DNA of 58,739 nucleotides, the filler included, from Sphacelaria rigidula (Eukaryota), in assembly GCA_964200075.2 (NCBI GenBank). It is 8 parts of 8 records of this genome, joined end to end, with 100 filler letters (N's around TTAATTAATTAA, not from the genome) between each part and the next. Parts side by side here need not be neighbours in the genome. Positions count along the whole stretch, not along the records: positions 36,778 to 44,031 come from CAXNAA020015748.1; positions 44,132 to 51,385 come from CAXNAA020015749.1; 6 more parts are not named here. One strand, 5' to 3'. Below are positions 36,778 to 48,006 of this stretch, one piece after another (position 1 is the first letter of the stretch; each line of letters starts with the position of its first letter). The notes beneath the pieces are model-generated. The model saw only the letters and a program-made list of their open reading frames with translations, had not been told where the DNA came from and ran no database searches. Position numbers and translations under genes: made by a program.

Positions 36778-39294
36778 TGTATTACTTATTTTGTGCTGAA
36801 GAAGATAGCATCTTTGAGGGAGCGGCATTGTATTTCAAAATGTATAACATGGTATGCACGCGGGTATAGAAGAATTCTTAAGGCCACTATCGTACTATTT
36901 AAAAGAAGCCGAATACCAGTGAACGATAGTGGGTTGCTAAAGCTCCATTGGAGTAGACCTGGGGTTGTTTTGTAATGTCGTAACATGGAGAATGGCCGAG
37001 ACTATCGCGAAGTGGAAGAAATGTCGTGGCTGACTTCAAATCACGTTCAAACCGGACACATATAATGTATATATACTATATAGCGTGAGTGCTATATGTT
37101 GTATGATATTATATATATATGTATATTTTTTATTTGAGTACAATATAGAGTATCAAACTAATTAGGCGTGATGTTTCAGTCTACAAGCTCATCATGGGAC
37201 GAACCCTTGCTGCTAACTGGTGGTGCGTGACATAATTCCACGATAAACGTTCATTGTTGACCTACCTGGATTCAGAACTAGTTTAACTACCTGCAGGTAG
37301 TGAAGCAGATACGGGGGATGCTATAGACTCCTGGTTGGTCTATGTTTGGTCCGGTATCATATGTACCTCCTTTGTGTACGGTTTTGTTTTAACCGTTGAT
37401 ATCCTTGGGGTTTTGAGTCTTGCAAAACATCTGTGCAGGGCACGCATGAAGGAGGAGCGTTAATACTATATAGGTAGGGGGATGCATGTTGGTATGTACC
37501 AAACATAAATTATTTAAAAAGATAAATACAGAACATTGGGGGGGAAAAAAGCGCCCTAATGTAATGGACTTTTCCGGGTTGATTGTTTGTGTTTGTCGGT
37601 CGTTCCTGTTTCTCTCTCGTCGGCCGTTTTGTTTTCTGCGTGACATGACGACATTTCGTTTTGGTTCATGGAGTGTCGGGGGTTTGACAAGGGATCGATC
37701 ATGGGAAGGTGATCGAGGACTGGTTGTCTCATTGCCGTGTGTTTTTTTTGTTTTGTTTTGTCTTGTCTTTTGTTTTTGGGACGTTAAGTCGCCCAGGGTG
37801 GCGTCTGGGTTGGTTTCTGCGCAGGAGAAGTTTTCTCTCCCACGTATTTGAATTCGGGTGTTTGTTCACAGATACTCACCTGGTACATGGGTTCATACCT
37901 TGTTCACAGGATGGACTTATGTCGTGAGCACAAACGGAGCCTGGGTTTCAGCTACCGTTTCGCAGAGCAATGACTGATATGATATAAGAGTATTGGGTTA
38001 AAGCATACACCAACGTATAAGCTATAGCAGGTGTACGAGATACGAATAAAGAAGGGTCCCGCATGCAGACGCCCTGCGTGTGTTCAGTCTTGGTGATATA
38101 TCTCAGATAGACGTGCAGTGCGATTCAAGTAGGTTCGGCCAACAACAGGAAGTTGCAGTTGAACGTAGGAATATGGGGGACTGGAGTTTTGCTATTTGCG
38201 AAGAGAATGAACACCATGGATATGTGAATGTAGGTGGGGGTTCAAGGGGGATTTGAGCGTTTGCTGCCTACCGGGGTTTTCTTCCGAGAGCCACTCCAGC
38301 AGCAGGTCAAATACCGGTGTACACTCTAAGCGGTATAATAAAACCTCAACCAGCGAATATCTTTTTGGGACACCAGCTCGACACGTTTTGACCACGATCA
38401 GCAAGCCGCACAACAAGCGAGAACGCTGAACACCCCAGCCCATGAACCTACGAGAACACCACAAGCCAGTTGTGGTTCTGACAATACTGTGACCTTGTTC
38501 TGTTTCCAGACAGGGTTACAATCCGCACCGCCGAACCAATGCGACAAGCCATTCTCCCTCACAGATACTTGGGCAGTACTTAACACCTGTGCTTCAGTGA
38601 GGTTTACAGAGGAAACAAGAGACGAAATAGGAACAGCTACACAGTCCTGAACAGCAACACCTCGTGATGGCGCACTATCCTCTTCGAACAACCCACGGCG
38701 CAACAGTGAAGCAACCTCCGCCATCGCCGCTAAATGCGCCAAAGCTGTCCATGTAAAACAGCAGTGCGGACCCCCACCGTAACACCACGCAATTCAGCGT
38801 ATCCACACCCGCCGATCCGGTATCCACTTTTCCTGCAACCAGACACCCCTGGAAGTCATCTGAATGATTTCCCGCCGAATCACTGGAGCACATAGACGCG
38901 CCCTAAGCATCGCAGGCCCCAAGCTTGCTCTGCTCACTCTCATCACGAAGCTAACACCCCCTTGCAGCGGTGAGCATGCAAGGCGTGTCCCCACGCACGC
39001 GCTGATCCGGCGGTCACAAGCAACCAGCGCCTTTACCTCTCAGCGCTAGCTTATCGGAGCAAATTGGCTCTGTACTACCAACAGCAGCGGCAGCAGCGGC
39101 TGGATCAAATATCCCCGCTTCAGCCACCACCTCATGCCCAGCGGACTCTTGAACCGCAACTGCGGCAGCTGAGCTGCTTGCAGTCCGCTCGAGCTGCTTG
39201 GCATGTTCGCCCTCTCCAACAGCAATTCCAGCAGCATCCAAACCAACGCTTATCGTGGTGCTGTCGGTGGGCGCGTTCTCATGCGTACCCGCTT

Positions 39295-39792
39295 TGACAG
39301 ACACGTGCTGTGTCTCCTTCGCGCTCTGCACAGTGGAAACAGCTGCACTGTATCGTTGTTTCAGACGCGCACCACCGACTGCACGTTCAGCGGGTACACT
39401 ATCGTGCCTGTTCCCCCTGACAGACACATGCTTCTCGGCTTTCACAGTGCAAGCAGCTGCACTGTATCGTTGTTTCAGACGCACACCACCGACTGCACGT
39501 TCAGCGGGTACACTATCGTGCCTGTTCCCTCGGGCAGACACATGCTTCTCGGCTTTCACAGTGCAAGCAGCTGCCCCGTATCGTTGTTTCAGACGCGCAC
39601 CATCGACTGCACTTTCAGCGAATGCACTGTCGTGCCTGTCCCCTCGGACAGACGCATGCTCCTTGGCTTTCACAGTGCAAGCAGCTGCCCCGTATCATTG
39701 TTTCAGGTGCACACCACCTATTGCACACTCGACAGGCTCACGGTCGTGCCTGTCCCCTCTGATAGACACATGCTTCTCGGCTTTTACAGTGC
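39295..39792 (-). repeat. 114-bp tandem array with an open 38-aa repeat frame (KAEKHVSARGNRHDSVPAERAVGGVRLKQRYSAAACTV)
   Basis: cagacacatgcttctcggctttcacagtgcaagcagctg at 39421 and 39535, with variants at ~39649 and ~39763. Confidence 0.92.
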
Positions 39793-40746
39793 CATGCACC
39801 CTATTCGACAACGCATGCTTGCGCAACGCGAATAGCAGCTACTGGCGCCCAACATCACAATCATGCTTCTAGAACGTGTCACACAGACATATCGCAATAT
39901 GTATAGGCATGAGGTCAGAAACTGCTCACCTCAAAGAGGTTTGTCCACCGCGCGTTCACCTGATGATGTACATCTCGCACATATTGCTCGCGTTTCCGTA
40001 AAAACTCGGCTGATTTCTCGTTCGAAAAACTGCGGCCGTAGTATGGCACCTCCAGCGCCCGTACAGATACAACCCGACTATCGACGATGGCATATGCTGT
40101 GCCTCATCATTTTGAACAGTCAAACAGGCTTTGCCGTTACCTCCACGCTTTTCATCAAACGCCGAGCCACCACGACATGTTTACATAGTGAACAACCACA
40201 AAACAGCACCTCAACAGCTCAACAGCGGTTCCAGAAAAAGCGGCGTTGTTTCTCAGTCACAGAAACAACAACTTTCCATGCACCAAGACGCGCTTGACGA
40301 CCGAACGACAACGGCCACAGCGCCTCTTCCTCACGCAGGTGTCACCACGTTTTTGGATTCCGTAGACTCTTCTTCTTATATGCGGCTGGCCAACCTTGAG
40401 CCAGTCCTCTCATAATTCTCCGGTCTCGAGTAGTAATTGCGCCGCGTCTTTTTGGGAGGCTCTTCTGGCAACAGCTGGTGATCAACCGACACCAAAGCGC
40501 ACCCTAGCACTACCTCAGAGTCTTCTCGGCTCTACTCCTGCCACCCTCCTGCACGCTGCCATCCTTCCAATAGGCTTCTATACTTCAGTTGCCTTGGGTT
40601 ATATGACCAGCGTCTCTCTTTCCGCCGCTTCCTCTCCCCCTGTTTTTCAACGTGGCTATGGGGTGTGGCTTCAAAAACCCCATGCAGTAAGCGACAGGTT
40701 TCCTGAATAAACGTCAAACGTAGACTTGGCTGGAATCAGAACAAGT

Positions 40747-41005
40747 TCACAGTGCTGCTCCAGAGGCTTCCTCTCTGTCACGGGCTCCAAGGATTTCAAG
40801 ACTCAAGCAGTTATACAAACAGCAGTCTTCGTTGAAACTAGAAGTGACTGTCGTTCCTCGTATGCAAACATCATACATCACGGAGTCCACCGATCATATT
40901 CTCAGACCCGTTATTCATCAAGCAGCCTAAGAACACCTACTATGCATTTTCTTCACTGCAGTCATGTACCCAACCAGGGTAACATTGCTGCCCCGAGTCT
41001 CCAAG
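40747..41005 (+). repeat. ~260-bp direct duplication; partner at ~42094-42350
   Basis: Shared ctgctccagaggcttcctc..cctcgtatgcaaacatcatacatcacggagtccaccgatcata..cactgcagtcatgtacc. Confidence 0.85.
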
Positions 41006-42564
41006 ATTGAAAGCTTCATTGCGCCACTCAACTCATGATCATACTGAAAACAAAGCGATGACTCACATCGCTCTTCAAGTCATGTATACCAATCCAACGA
41101 CGGCAAACAGACGTCGACCTCCGCCATCATTGATCATCGAAGTGATATCGTTCTCAAAATCGTTTCCACCGAGTACACCCCAGAAAGCACCCAGATATAA
41201 TACCCAAACTTGGATTCAGGACCGTCATATTCCATCGGTCGATTAACCCCGATGTAAAATGCAGCTCATGTTCCAGCAGACTTGCGGCTCACCTGCATCG
41301 CTTCCTTAGACAAGCGGACACTCCATCCACATGATCGTTCCAAACAGAAATGAAATATTCTATCGAAAAACGTTCCATAGCCAAAGATCACTCATCTTCA
41401 ACCCCAAGAAACACTCGCGTTTTCCTTGCGCACGCACATACGACCCTACGCATTTCGTACTTACTGCTCATTTTTACGCCAACAGCAGCAATCACCGTCT
41501 CCTACAGTCAGTGCCCACAAACCGCACGAAAAGAACTCCGGCGCGTCTCTGTTGACCAGGAATATACGAGGTTCACCTCATCCATCATATAGCAGTATAT
41601 TGAAAACTGTCTCACCCCAACTCTTCGCCAGACACCATGCGCACTAGTATCATGCTGTAGCGAACATTCCACACATGCATTCCAGTATTTCACCCAGCAC
41701 ATGCAATGCCACCTTCCTCGCAGCAAACACCATGCATCATCCGTGCCAGCCAAATCAGCATAACACACACATCCCAAATATCCACGTGTACGCCAGAGTT
41801 CTACCCTGCACCCGCTATACGATCATACTCGCTCAACAAACATGTTTCATGCGCAAATATGACCACAAACTACGCAATAACAAGCTGCAATCATTCTCAA
41901 AACGATTCGCGAATACCAGTCATAATGTGTTTCCTCATCCTAAAAAAGCACTCAATCACCTCAGCACTTGCTTTTCAACATCATCAGTCAACTCGGCGCT
42001 CACCACAACATCAAACACCTCAGGTAATGCCTTCTTTGTAGTCCTCCAGCCCGCTCCAGACAAACAGCAGCAGTCGCGCCATAAAGTTCAAGGTCACAGT
42101 ACTGCTCCAGAGGCTTCCTCCCTGTCACGGGCTCCAGAGACTTCAAGACTTGAGCAGTTATACAAACAGCATGTCTTCGTTAAAACTGGAAGTGACCGGC
42201 ACACCTCGTATGCAAACATCATACATCACGGAGTCCACCGATCATACTCTCAGATCCGTTATTCATCAATCAGCCTAAGAACGCCTGCTATGCCTTTTCC
42301 CCACTGCAGTCATGTACCTAATCAAGGTAACAATGTGGCCCGCAGTCTACAGCACCCCCAAAGCTCGCTTACTACCAACAAGTAGTCAACCTAGAGCTTG
42401 ATAAACTCAGACATCATTGTTGCCGAAGTCTACCGTCAATTTTCACCTAGAATGGCAGTCAGACCCTACAGCAGTATACGATAACAGCCATACAAGCTTG
42501 TCCAATTTCCGAACAACACGCAAGAGATCCAAAACGCCCATCATGAACGCACAATCACGCTACT

Positions 42565-42866
42565 TGCATGATTATGACTTTGAGAACGAGCAGTTGCTTT
42601 TTGCGTTGCGCAAGCGTGTGTCGTCCGATGGGGTGCATCGCATTGTGAAGCGCGCGGCGGTCACACAGGACGTGTCTGTCAGAGGGGTCAAGCATGAGAA
42701 CGCTCTCGCGTGCACTGTGAAAGCCGAGAAGCATGTGTCTGTCAGATAGGACAGGCACGACAGTGCGCTTGTCGAACGTGCAGTAGGCGGTGCGCGTCTG
42801 AAACAACGATACAGGGCAGCTGCTTGCAATGTGAAAGGCGAAAAGCGTGTGTCTGCCTGAGGGAAC
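42565..42866 (+). repeat. Inverted partial copy of the 114-bp array and its upstream flank
   Basis: tgcactgtgaaagccgagaagcatgtgtctgtcag is the reverse complement of the array unit; 42565-42650 matches the reverse complement of 39783-39866. Confidence 0.85.
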
Positions 42867-43825
42867 GACACTTTCTACGATAACCCGCCCCCAAAACCAG
42901 TGAAAAGTGTCACGAAAAAAATGGCCATCCAACGCCTGATGTTTGGGTTCAGGCTGCATGAAGCGCCTCATGTTGGCGACATTGCCTAGAACGAACCCAA
43001 GCGTGGCAATTCCCAGCGTTCTCGTGCCTGTCTTCGCGGACTAGCAATGGCTATGTGACTTGTTGGCCTCTTCCAGCAGCACTGCCAGCGGGTGCTTATT
43101 CAGCACCGACTACTGCACACTCACTGTTCTTGCTGCCCGGTGCGTCTCTTCGGACAGACACATGCGTCGTCACCCTCGCGCCCCTCAAAGCGGCACCGTG
43201 TTGTTGTTTCAGTCGCGGGCGAGCTATTTCTACTACTGTACGCTCAGCAGGTGCACTGTCGTGCCTGCCCCATGGGGAAGACAAATGCTTCTCGGCTTTC
43301 ACAGTGCAAGCAGCTGCCCCGTATCGTTGTTTCAAACGCACACCACCTACTGCACGTTCGGCGGGTGCACTGTCGTGCCTGGCCCCTCGGGCAGACACAT
43401 GCTTCTAGCACCTGCTCTGTAGTATCGTTGTTTCAGACGCGCAGCACCTACTGCACGTTCGGCGGGTGCACTGTCTTGCCTCTTCCGTTGGGGGGACACA
43501 TGCTTCTCGGCTTTCACAGTGCAAGCAGCTGCCCAGTATCGTCGCTTCAAACGTGGACCACCTACTGCACGTTCGGCAGGTCACTGTCGTGCTTCTCCCC
43601 TCGGGCAGACACATGCTTCTCGGCTTTCACAGTGCAAGCAGCTGCCCAGTATCGTCGCTTCAGACGTGGACCACCTACTGCACGTTCGGCGGGTGCACTG
43701 TGGTTCCTGTCCCCTCGGGGAGACACATGCTTCTCGGCTTTCACAGTGCAAGCAGCTGCCCAGTATCGTTGTTCCAGACGTGGCCCACCTACTGCACGTT
43801 CGGCGGGTGCACTGTCGTGTTTCCT
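42867..43825 (-). mobile_element. TIR-terminated element end (GACACTTTCTACGATA) continuing into a third 114-bp array (43150-43820)
   Basis: Same terminus and subterminal sequence as the MITE at 19112, followed by ~5-6 units of the 114-bp repeat. Confidence 0.6.
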
Positions 43826-44031
43826 CGATTTGCGAATACCAGTCATAATGTGTTTCCTCATTCTCAACAAGCACCCAATCACCTCAGCACTTGCTCCTCA
43901 ACATCAGCACCCAACTCGGCGCTCACCACAACAGGAGGCACCTCAGGTAATAACTTATTTGTAGTCGACACTTTCTACGATAGCCCCCCCCAAAAAGTGC
44001 ATGGTTTTGGGAGGCAAAATCTTCACGTAAA

Positions 44032-44131
44032 NNNNNNNNNNNNNNNNNNNNNNNNNNNNNNNNNNNNNNNNNNNNTTAATTAATTAANNNNNNNNNNNNN
44101 NNNNNNNNNNNNNNNNNNNNNNNNNNNNNNN
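44032..44131. other. Artificial contig spacer
   Basis: Same 100-nt linker. Confidence 0.98.
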
Positions 44132-45333
44132 AAACGGTCCGCGTTTCGACCGTGCGACAACACCCACGCACCTTACGAGTGTTGGTGACTGTGCTGGACA
44201 GCGCTGGTACGTACTACCCGCCGATGGGTCCATGCTTGCTTACTCGGCGAAGTTCTGACAGATATAGCTGTGCGCATCTCTCCGTGGGAGCTGTGCACGT
44301 GGAGTGTGTCTCCCACGCGTGGGTATACTGCTGGTGATGGCGTTGAACCCAGCTTGGCTACTGCTAGTGATGGGATCCCAACTGTCTGTCCGATGAACAG
44401 CCTAACAGCCCACGCTTTGCAACCATGCGCGCTCCTAGCTTGAAAAAACCCTACATATTTCAAATTTTTGAAAGTGAATTTCCTTTGGGACCTGATATCC
44501 CTGGCAGTCGCTCTAACTCACAAGCAGTAGACTTCACCACTTGGTAGTTCAAGATAGTTCTAAGAAATTTACGGCTTGTGGAGAGGTGCAGTATTGGATC
44601 TTAGTGTAGACACCGAAATCCGGATCTTTGACCCTTCGACCCCGAGGGTAGGTCACCTGCTGAGTCGACATCAATGTTCACTTGAAAAAAGTATGCGTGA
44701 TCCAATTGGACCACCCTGCTCCTGGCGTGCTCCTAGCGTGCGCAGAACGCGGTGCGCCTGGGGCGCCGATTTGAGGCCTGGCAACACATACTTCGCCTAG
44801 TAGTGAACACGCCGCACCCTCCGTGCCCGAGGGTTCTCGGTATGCCTTCGTTGGGGTTGCGGTTAGGGTTAGGGTTGGGATTAGTGTTCTTCGAAATGCA
44901 TCAGCACCTGCGCAAACCATAAATTTCCGAGAAATATCTGTCAACTATCAAGTGGTGAAGTCACCTCGATTTTAAGCATGATGTACATCATCCTTGTACA
45001 TGGGCACGAAACGCTGGGCCATGGCTGGGCTTCTCACTCAAGACTTCGATTTGGAAGATGATACTGGGTAGGCAGCGGCAACTTTTGTGTGTCGAGGGGC
45101 CCATTGGATCAGGATGCGTTTCGTGTCCGTTTGACAAACTTATCCCCAAAAAAACGGAATCGATAGGGGGTTGGTTTTGGAGTGGAAAAGTCTAGTAAAA
45201 ATACTATCGCAAGGATCTGATCGCAAGAATCACGACGCAGGAACGGAGTCGCGAAAAACCTCTTCGTCGAATTTTTACCCGCAGCAGAAACCAACTTCAC
45301 TTTGTGAAGCTGGAATGACGCAGGGAACTCTGG

Positions 45334-45821
45334 AAAGATAACACTACTAAACACCGTGAGCGAACAATTCTGGAAGATTCTGAACGATAGAGTGGAAACG
45401 ATTCTGGAAGACGAAGAAGATTTCAGCGAGGGGCAAGCAGGGTTCAGACCAAGCCGTGGTTGCGTAGATCATGTGTACACATTAGGCAAGATTATTCAAC
45501 GTGGGAAAGACGACGGGCTATAACAACGTACTACTGCTTTCTAGACGTGCAAAAGGCCTACGACATAGTTGAGAGGAATGTGCTGTAGAATAAGATGTAG
45601 GGATCTGGGATCAGAGGGAAGATGCGGAAATGGTGAGCTAGATGACGGAACGTGCCAAAAGTGCTATGATGCCAGATGGGGGAAAATCGAAATATGTCGA
45701 TAGTTTAGGGGGAGTTGCACAAGGATGTACGTTATCGCTCAGGTTTTTCATGCTATTTATTGATGACATGACAGCAGTAGTAAAGGCAGCAAGGCAAGGA
45801 GTCAAGGTGGGGGAAGATACT
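45334..45821 (+). mobile_element. Decayed LINE reverse transcriptase fragment
   Basis: ITLLNTV..KILNDR..SEGQAGFRPSRGCVDHVYTL..DVQKAYDIV..GIRGK..GVAQGCTLS..FMLFIDD are non-LTR RT motifs, with stops and frameshifts; truncated before the YADD-type motif. Confidence 0.92.
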
Positions 45822-47400
45822 ACACCGTTTTTCATCATTTTTTTCTCTCATTGTAAATCTCCGTCTTGTCGGAGTTTCCTTCAGCGAGTCCTTCCGGAGT
45901 GTTCGCGTTGTGTACGTCGTCTATCTGGCTCCTCACACACACACACCCGGATGGTTAGTGGAACGATTAGTGTACGACAATTCACCAACGTATCCTCGAT
46001 TAACTCCGACATTCTCGCCGCGTTTGGCCGAACCAAAAGACATGCAAGTTCCACATCAGTCATGACAGCGAGTGCGGTATAGTCAAACGTTGCTAAAATT
46101 TCCACCGCGATTTCTACACCACATCACCGACAGTCCGCCACGAGGGGTACGAACACAACCCCCGCCCGGTGGATGATTTTTGCAACTTCCATGATTCCCA
46201 CTCGGGGAAGATCTTGCGCCTTCCCGAAACCGACCTCGGCTCGCGCGTGTCCCGATGGATGTTGGCGAGGTCTCTCTGGCGACATGACAGGTTTCGGCGT
46301 CTCATCAACTTAGCATTCCCGTCTCAGAAAAAGTCTGGTTAACTGAACAAGAGAAAAATCATCGGCGGCGGCGGGCATATGAAAAAAAACGCAATCCACG
46401 GTGTGCCTCCATCACGCGACTAGGATTGACAAAGAGGGTCGAAGCACCGGGGGAGCACGGCGTTCAAAATCCCGTCAAAACTATACACGTGTAGAATCGT
46501 CGGTGGATCTATTTATACTTCAAAAGTTACAGTAAATATCAGCCGCAAAATGGCTGAAAGCTATACATGAAGGTGCACCGAACATTAAGATGAAGGAGTT
46601 CTGTAAGGGCACAAGTATCCCCCGTTACACCCATGTTTTCATCACTGTACATGCGACCAATCCGAACGAACCGCGTGGAAATCCAAAATGTGTACTATAC
46701 TGTACAGATATCTTTGGTGCTGCATCGCCTTTGTTCCTGGTACAGCTTCCCAACGGTGAGGTGTGCGTGATACGGCACACACACTGCGCCGAGTGCAGGC
46801 GCGCGCCCAAAATAGATCTTCAGGGGTATATGAAGTAGAAAGCATCAAGCCAGCCCTGCTTATCGCTTCACCGTTCGTTCCCCTGCTAAAGCATATTCTT
46901 CCCTCAGCTTCGCCGAACCTGTCTTGACGGCCGCTCCCCACCCGCCGCTGGCGACTGTGGCCTGTTCTTCGACAGCGTAAGAATCGAAAAATGTCGGGAT
47001 ATGCCGCACAGCTGCTGCTCTTGGAATCGCCCGTCCTGGTGCCCTTGGCTCGGGGATGCGAGGAATAAGCCGGCGTCGAGGTTTAGCGCTGCGGTTCTGT
47101 CAGCATCGGGAGGGGGGCGGGAGTAGAGTTTACCAAGTGCATGTTGCTGCACCCTCTCTGGAATTACGGATTACCTTCATCGGCAAAAAAAAAAAAATGA
47201 AGTGACATCACCTACTACTCACAACAGGACGAATTGGATTATGACATTTTTTTGGTCATTTCTGTTAGTCTTACCAATTTTCTTCGTAGGGGGGAGGGAG
47301 CGAGGGAGCAAACCCTGTACGGGGGGAAGACAGGTAACGCACTTGCCTTTGTACTGCGCTTTGTTGAGACTTGAAAAACCACCGCTACATGCTTCCACAG

Positions 47401-47552
47401 GAGATGGGTCCTACCAGCGACTCCAAGTGAGAGCACTATGCGCCTCCCACGAAAAGACTGACCGCCACGGAGACTCTGGCCACGCTCTAGTTGTGGAGCC
47501 CACGTTCGCGGATACAATGTGGAGCGCACACACGAGGTACTTGAAGGAGAGA
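47401..47552 (+). CDS. Candidate exon, unknown protein
   Basis: CCACAG acceptor, GTGAGT donor at 47553 (phase 0); ..FADTMWSAHTRYLKER. Confidence 0.35.
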
Positions 47553-47786
47553 GTGAGTCTCTCGTGGGAATCAAGTAAGTTTGCAAGCTGCTGCCTGGTA
47601 ATGGAGGAAGGACCTTCGTGGAGCTGGTTTCGGGGTCGCTTGGAACATCTGTAGGGTGTCCCTTCAAGCTTACGATGCTCAAGATACATGACACGAGGCA
47701 TGGAGACGACACACCAGGCCTGATTTTATCCTAGCCAGCGCGAACAGACACAGGACTTCGCATACGCACGCCACCCTTACCTGCAG

Positions 47787-48006
47787 GTAGCGTCGAGAGC
47801 CAACTCTGCTGTCCCTGTGGCCACCCCGTTTATGCCAGAAGGAACGACGGACGGGGCAGCCCCGCACATCTGGTCTGCGCACACCGAATACCTGGAGCAA
47901 AAAAGAGAGGGGCCACACACGGGAAGAAGTGGCGGTGGAGTTATGTGTCATGGTGACTGGTTTGTGCACGTGTGTGTACTCCGGCAAGGAGTAAAAACGA
48001 TAACTG
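47787..48006 (+). CDS. Candidate next exon, unknown protein (3' end uncertain)
   Basis: CTGCAG acceptor in phase with the previous exon; ..PHIWSAHTEYLEQK..VMCHGDWFVHVCVL; possible GTACGT donor. Confidence 0.33.

Noticed and set aside
36778-39000. LTR retrotransposon gag-pol upstream of the repeat arrays
   Set aside because: No protease, RT, RNase H or integrase motifs and no paired LTRs recognised.
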